The position numbers were made by a program, and so were the translations under genes. The notes under the pieces were generated by a model. The model did no database searches. It was not told the DNA's origin and saw nothing but the letters and a program-made list of their open reading frames with translations. From positions 1 through 59,817 of IMG/VR virus record IMGVR_UViG_3300012663_000543: a stretch of DNA of 59,817 nucleotides; one strand, 5' to 3'. Shown here one piece after another: positions 55,349 through 59,817 of this stretch (the stretch's first letter is position 1; each line of letters starts with the position of its first letter). Source of the stretch: a virus (Duplodnaviria > Caudoviricetes).

Positions 55349-57172
55349 ATGTGCAATGGCGGTGGGAATAGCGTAAAGAAGTTTGCCGACGGCGGCAGCA
55401 CGGGCACGAAGTCCAAGTCCGCCCCCAGCCGCCCCGACAGCGGCGGGTCCAATCCCAAGCCCGCGCCCTCTAGGGCCTCGGTCCCCGCACCTAAGACCAC
55501 TGTTGCAGCCGCCCCAAACCGGGCCGAGGCATACCGCCGCAACGCCCCCGACCGCGAGCTAGATGGGCTGGTTCAACAAAACCTGTCGGCCCCGCTTCCC
55601 AACGCCTCTCCCGTAATGCCTCGGATCACTTACGAAACCACCGGACAGGCCATCGAGCGCCTTCGTGGATCGTCTAAGGATTACGCGGCAAAGAATCTGG
55701 ATAAGACCACGCCCGCGTCGGGCTATGCAAACATGCCTTGGTCGCAGTACGGCGCAAAGCTTGCCCAAAACATCATCCCCAGCACCTTGGACATGGGGAT
55801 CGAAGCCGCCGACATGGCGAACAATCCGCTGCGCACCGCCTCAACCTTGGTAAAGGGCATAGGTCAGCTAGGCTACGGCGCGGGATCTAAGATTGCCCGC
55901 AACGTCTTTGGCTACGAGGGCGACAGGACTGCCGAAGCGCCGCTCGATGCCGCCATTGCCAGCACAAAGGGCCGATACGGGTTCGGGGAGCCGGGCGAGT
56001 TCTGGAAGAATCTTGCGGAGGACCCAGCATCCTACGCTGCAGAAATTGCGGGGCTTCGTCTTGGCGCTGGAAAAGTGGCTGGCAAAGTAGCGGGGGTCGT
56101 GGACGATGCGCAAAAGGCGCAGTACGCCCGGTTTATGGACGCCACAACACCCAAGACCGACGTCAGCCCAATGGCTGGCTTCCAGTATTACAGGCCGTCG
56201 CCTTGGGAAGCAGCCATGCTGGGCCCCGTTTCAGGGCCCAATCCTTGGGCAAACGTGGGTTTGCCTAACTCTGGTCCGAACAAGACCCAGCAGATGTACT
56301 TGGACAGCGTAAACGATGCGGAGTTCTTCCGCACTCAGGGCGCTCCCGAAAAGTTTATCCAAGAGCAGACAGGCATCATGACCATCCCCGTCAAGAACCC
56401 GGCGGGGTCCTCGCTTGGTGATCTGGACGTTGCAGCCGTGCTGCCCCAAGAGATGATCGATTTGCGGCCCAGCCGCGCCACTAACTACGGGGCCAACATC
56501 TTTGACGACCCAGATCTTGCCTCCGTCTGGTACGACCCAAGGACTTGGGGCCGAGGATCTGTGGGCGGGTATCACTATAAAGACCCTCAAACGGGCATCC
56601 ATCAGATTGGCCTCAATCCAAAAGCATCCCAAACCAAGAAAGACTCTGTCATAAGTCACGAGATGACCCACGCCGACCTAGAAGAGGCTGGTTTGGGCAC
56701 AGACATCGTTGGCGCAAACGACGAAAACATGCTTTGGAGCAAGAACAAGTGGCTCGACTCTCTTAAGACTTCGGGAAAAGCCGCCAAGGATCCTGCCGAT
56801 AAGGCCGCTATTGCAGAAGCCCGTAAAAATCTGGCGAAGATGACGTCCTTTGAGCTCTATAGCCTCAACCCGGGGGAGATGCTGGCCCGTCTTTCTCAAG
56901 GCGACCCAACCATGGCCCGCCGCCTGACGGCGCTAGAACTCCTGAACCCCTATATCACCACCAGAGGGGGCCCCCTTACTCGCGGTATTGCGGCCCTTCG
57001 CACTTCCGTGCAAACCGAAACAAACCCGTTCATGAGCAAACTCAAAGGCATTCTTGAGCCTTATGGGATCGACCCCACATTCGACGCTCATGGAACTGTT
57101 CCCATGGACATCGACAAGGCCATCGTTGCGGGCCTCGGCAGCACGTACATACCAAGGTACAACAAGCCCTAA
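55349..57172 (+). CDS. Virion/polyvalent-type protein with zincin metallopeptidase motif
   Basis: MCNGGG start, KFADGG motif; SHEMTHA and downstream Y...PGEMLAR. Confidence 0.7.
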   Translation: MCNGGGNSVKKFADGGSTGTKSKSAPSRPDSGGSNPKPAPSRASVPAPKTTVAAAPNRAEAYRRNAPDRELDGLVQQNLSAPLPNASPVMPRITYETTGQAIERLRGSSKDYAAKNLDKTTPASGYANMPWSQYGAKLAQNIIPSTLDMGIEAADMANNPLRTASTLVKGIGQLGYGAGSKIARNVFGYEGDRTAEAPLDAAIASTKGRYGFGEPGEFWKNLAEDPASYAAEIAGLRLGAGKVAGKVAGVVDDAQKAQYARFMDATTPKTDVSPMAGFQYYRPSPWEAAMLGPVSGPNPWANVGLPNSGPNKTQQMYLDSVNDAEFFRTQGAPEKFIQEQTGIMTIPVKNPAGSSLGDLDVAAVLPQEMIDLRPSRATNYGANIFDDPDLASVWYDPRTWGRGSVGGYHYKDPQTGIHQIGLNPKASQTKKDSVISHEMTHADLEEAGLGTDIVGANDENMLWSKNKWLDSLKTSGKAAKDPADKAAIAEARKNLAKMTSFELYSLNPGEMLARLSQGDPTMARRLTALELLNPYITTRGGPLTRGIAALRTSVQTETNPFMSKLKGILEPYGIDPTFDAHGTVPMDIDKAIVAGLGSTYIPRYNKP

Positions 57173-57180
57173 CAGACCTT

Positions 57181-57209
57181 TTGCCAAGGTCCAAAAACGG
57201 TGATAGAGT
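57181..57209 (+). promoter_or_regulatory. sigma70-like promoter
   Basis: TTGCCA-N17-TAGAGT with extended -10 TG. Confidence 0.55.
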
Positions 57210-57248
57210 GGGCCTCGAACCACGGCCCTTTGTCCTTTGGAGGATTCT

Positions 57249-57506
57249 ATGGCACTTATGACGAAGAAGCCCATGTCTCGTATTGCCATGTCAAAGATGG
57301 CCGAAGAGAAGGGCGAGAAGCACCCAGCTTCGAAGAAGGGCCGGATGGCCGAGGAGCGCGGTGAGATGTACGCCTCCGGCGGAATGATCAAGCCCGCACA
57401 GACCTATCCCGTCGGCAGCGCCCTGCCGCAGGTAACTACCCCCAAGAGCTCCGTGCGTGGTAACGGCGCGGCAATCAAGTCCAAAGCCCCAGCGGGCCTT
57501 TTTTGA
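57249..57506 (+). CDS. Small basic protein
   Basis: SD GGAGG; MYASGGMI; VRGNGAAIK. Confidence 0.7.
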   Translation: MALMTKKPMSRIAMSKMAEEKGEKHPASKKGRMAEERGEMYASGGMIKPAQTYPVGSALPQVTTPKSSVRGNGAAIKSKAPAGLF

Positions 57507-57516
57507 GGATTCAGAC

Positions 57517-57981
57517 ATGGCTAAAGATTCTGACGACAACTACAAGGAAGGCGTGGACTTCGAATGGGTCCAAGGCAACGACGACGAGAACTCCGGGTTC
57601 AAGACCCGCCGCTTCTTCACCCGCGCCGAGAAGGCCGCACGGAACGCCCCGGCAAAACCTGCTGCCCAGCCTAAAAAGGCAGCGGCAAAGCTGAAGGGTA
57701 TCACTACCCCGAAGGTCACAACGAAGAAAATTGACCAATTCGTCCGCCCTGAAGGTATGCCCGCAGGTATGCCACAGAATCGGGCCATTAAAAACTATAC
57801 GGAGAAACTGGCCTCTGGAAAGTTGAGCGCTTCCGAGGCCCGCAGCGCCCGTGCAGCCCTTAGCGGTCTGCAATCTGGCCTAGATAAGCTTAAGGCAGAT
57901 CGCAGCAAGAAATCTTCTGGCTACAAGAGCGGTGGCCTTGTCACCAAGGGCAAGGGCACACGTCCCTGCAAGATGTGCTAA
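57517..57981 (+). CDS. Basic protein
   Basis: SD GAGG; GYKSGGLV near C-terminus. Confidence 0.7.
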   Translation: MAKDSDDNYKEGVDFEWVQGNDDENSGFKTRRFFTRAEKAARNAPAKPAAQPKKAAAKLKGITTPKVTTKKIDQFVRPEGMPAGMPQNRAIKNYTEKLASGKLSASEARSARAALSGLQSGLDKLKADRSKKSSGYKSGGLVTKGKGTRPCKMC

Positions 57982-57992
57982 GGACATAGCTC

Positions 57993-58673
57993 ATGGACTA
58001 TATGGGGTTGGCGGCGATGTACGCCCGCCAGTACAACCTTGATCCGGAAATTTTCGTGCGCCAGATGGTGCAGGAAAGCGGACTCAATCCTGACGCCGTC
58101 AGCCCCAAAGGCGCTCAAGGCATTGCCCAAATTATGCCTGACACCGCCAAAGATCCCGGTTACGGGGTCGATCCCATAACCGACACAAGCGACCCAGAAG
58201 AGTCCTTGCGCTTCGGGGCCCAGTACATGCGGGCCATGCTGGACAAATACGACGAGGACTACGGCTTGGCGCTTGCGGCCTACAACGCAGGTCCGAGCAC
58301 AGTCGATAAGGCGGGCGGAATCCCAAATATTCCAGAGACACAGAACTACGTTCAGTCCATCTTGGGCTCCGGCGGCATCCCATCTGACGCCGGATTGTCC
58401 ATGGGCTACCCTGACGGCACCTTGCCAAGTGATGCTCTGTCCATGGGCGCACCTTTTGACCAAGAACGCCAAGATCTGACGGCCATGATCCCTGATGCAA
58501 TACGCTCTGCGCCCACCGACGAGCAGTATAAGGCGCTTTTGGAGCAAATTCGGGGCGACCAAGAGGCTCTAAACCGTGAATCGATGCCCGAATCCGCAAC
58601 GCAAGGCATTTTCTCTGCCCTGACACCCCGCTCGACACCCACAGTCGCGGAGCGCATGGGGCCACTCCAGTGA
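57993..58673 (+). CDS. Lytic transglycosylase (SLT), probably virion-associated
   Basis: QESG, SPKGAQGIAQIMPDTA, ALAAYNAG, ETQNYV. Confidence 0.92.
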   Translation: MDYMGLAAMYARQYNLDPEIFVRQMVQESGLNPDAVSPKGAQGIAQIMPDTAKDPGYGVDPITDTSDPEESLRFGAQYMRAMLDKYDEDYGLALAAYNAGPSTVDKAGGIPNIPETQNYVQSILGSGGIPSDAGLSMGYPDGTLPSDALSMGAPFDQERQDLTAMIPDAIRSAPTDEQYKALLEQIRGDQEALNRESMPESATQGIFSALTPRSTPTVAERMGPLQ

Positions 58674-59119
58674 TCCGAGAAGCAAGGGCCTCGGACAAAG
58701 GCGCTTTGCTCGAGCTAATGCGCAAAATGCACGAGGAAACCTCGTACAAGCAGTTTCCGCTGTCAGAAATCAAGCTTTTAGAGAAAATAGACCTCTGGCT
58801 GACGAACCTTTGGCATAGGGCTACCTATGTTTTGGAGCACGAGGGGGCTGTCGTGGGGGTTTTTGCCGGATATCTAGGCGATTTATGGTTTTCAGAGGCC
58901 TCTTGCGGGTTTGACGAGGTCATTTACATCGATCCAGACCATCGTGGGCGGCATGGATTGTCTCAAATGCTTGCCCGATTCGAGGATTGGTGCCGCGAGC
59001 GGGGCTGTTCAGCGGTCTTGGTTGGCGTTTCGAGCGGTGTTATGCTAGAACGGACAGGGAAGCTGCTTGGATTCCTTGGTTACGACAAGGTTGGCGGGCT
59101 TTACAGGAGGTCTATCTGA
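58670..59119 (+). CDS. GNAT acetyltransferase
   Basis: IREA...D, VVGVF, YIDPDHRG, WCRERG, LGY. Confidence 0.85.
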   Translation: MIREARASDKGALLELMRKMHEETSYKQFPLSEIKLLEKIDLWLTNLWHRATYVLEHEGAVVGVFAGYLGDLWFSEASCGFDEVIYIDPDHRGRHGLSQMLARFEDWCRERGCSAVLVGVSSGVMLERTGKLLGFLGYDKVGGLYRRSI

Positions 59120-59817
59120 TGTGCGGTGGCGGTTCGAGCAGCAAAGCTAGCGGCGGTGGCGACAAGACGTCTGTCGTCCAAACCCCTTCCGGCCCCAAGA
59201 CGGTTACCCCGTCGGCCCCAAGCAAAAGTGTAAGCTACACCCCGGGGAACGTAGGCCTCAAGAACCTGAACGCAGGTCAGCCCACCACAGCCTATATGAA
59301 GCAGTTGGGCGCGACAGGCCCTATCGGTAGCCCCGTTTCGGCAACCGACTCGCTCCGCATGAATCAGTTCATCGCGAACAGCGGGAGAAACACCAACGTA
59401 ACGGTGTCCACCCCCTCTGGTCCAAAGACCGCCGACCTGCTCAAGGCCGGAACAGGCATCGTTGCCAAGCCAGCCCCTGCTCAACGGGCCAGCGGTACGC
59501 TTACCCGAGATGAAATCCAACGGGGTATTGCAGCCCCTATGGGCGGCACTGTCACGGGAACCATCACCCGTCCAGTAAGGGCCTCTGGCGAGACAGAGAT
59601 CGTCTTCTCCCCTGCAAAAACTCCCACAGCTAACGTCAGCTTGATGACGCAAGCCCAGTTTGACCAGATGTATCCGGGGACCTCCTCTGCAAGGCCCGCG
59701 CTGGGGATAACCAGCGTTGCCCCCGGAGGACCGGGAACCTTTGCTCCGGGAAGCCTCCCCGCAGGTGGCGCATCTACTGCTCCGACAAGCCTTGCCGGAA
59801 CGAACGCTGCCGGAAAC
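59119..59817 (+). CDS. N-terminal part of MCGGG-start virion protein (continues as 1..905)
   Basis: SD AGGAGG, TGATG coupling, open to window end. Confidence 0.75.
   Translation, partial: MCGGGSSSKASGGGDKTSVVQTPSGPKTVTPSAPSKSVSYTPGNVGLKNLNAGQPTTAYMKQLGATGPIGSPVSATDSLRMNQFIANSGRNTNVTVSTPSGPKTADLLKAGTGIVAKPAPAQRASGTLTRDEIQRGIAAPMGGTVTGTITRPVRASGETEIVFSPAKTPTANVSLMTQAQFDQMYPGTSSARPALGITSVAPGGPGTFAPGSLPAGGASTAPTSLAGTNAAGN
59279..59817 (+). repeat. Imperfect terminal direct repeat, copy 2
   Basis: Aligns to 1..551. Confidence 0.95.

Noticed and set aside
1-59817. Alternative genetic code or phage RNA polymerase
   Set aside because: Core genes are intact in the standard code and all three stop codons are used; no RNA polymerase motifs seen

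Overview
Near-complete ~59.3 kb genome of a tailed dsDNA phage, most likely podovirus-like (P22-type portal, nozzle and ejection proteins, no tape measure or sheath). The host is probably an alphaproteobacterium, since the phage encodes a GapR homologue. The window ends overlap in an imperfect ~540 bp repeat inside one gene. Layout: a rightward late arm (54.4 kb through the window end to 35.5 kb) with terminase, portal, GroES, scaffold, capsid, tail, several fibre/chaperone pairs, a cassette of exported proteins, GH19 endolysin and ejection proteins; a leftward replication module (PolA with Leu762, dATP/dGTP diphosphohydrolase, UvrD helicase, primase, SSB-like protein); a SNF2 helicase, an HNH gene, small early genes, an AT-rich iteron region, TerS and a resolvase. 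Main leads: (1) a non-coding segment at 53.6-54.27 kb that folds into a nested multibranch structure with many strand-specific G-U pairs, RNA-type tetraloops and a repeated UUAACA-bulge module; (2) a six-gene cassette of exported or membrane-anchored proteins including pilin-like and chaperone-like members; (3) a short xxGG motif shared by six unrelated late proteins; (4) two candidate sRNAs, one with an anti-Shine-Dalgarno loop and one with a tRNA-like acceptor stem and CCA end. All family calls are by-eye motif recognition; no searches or folding programs were run.
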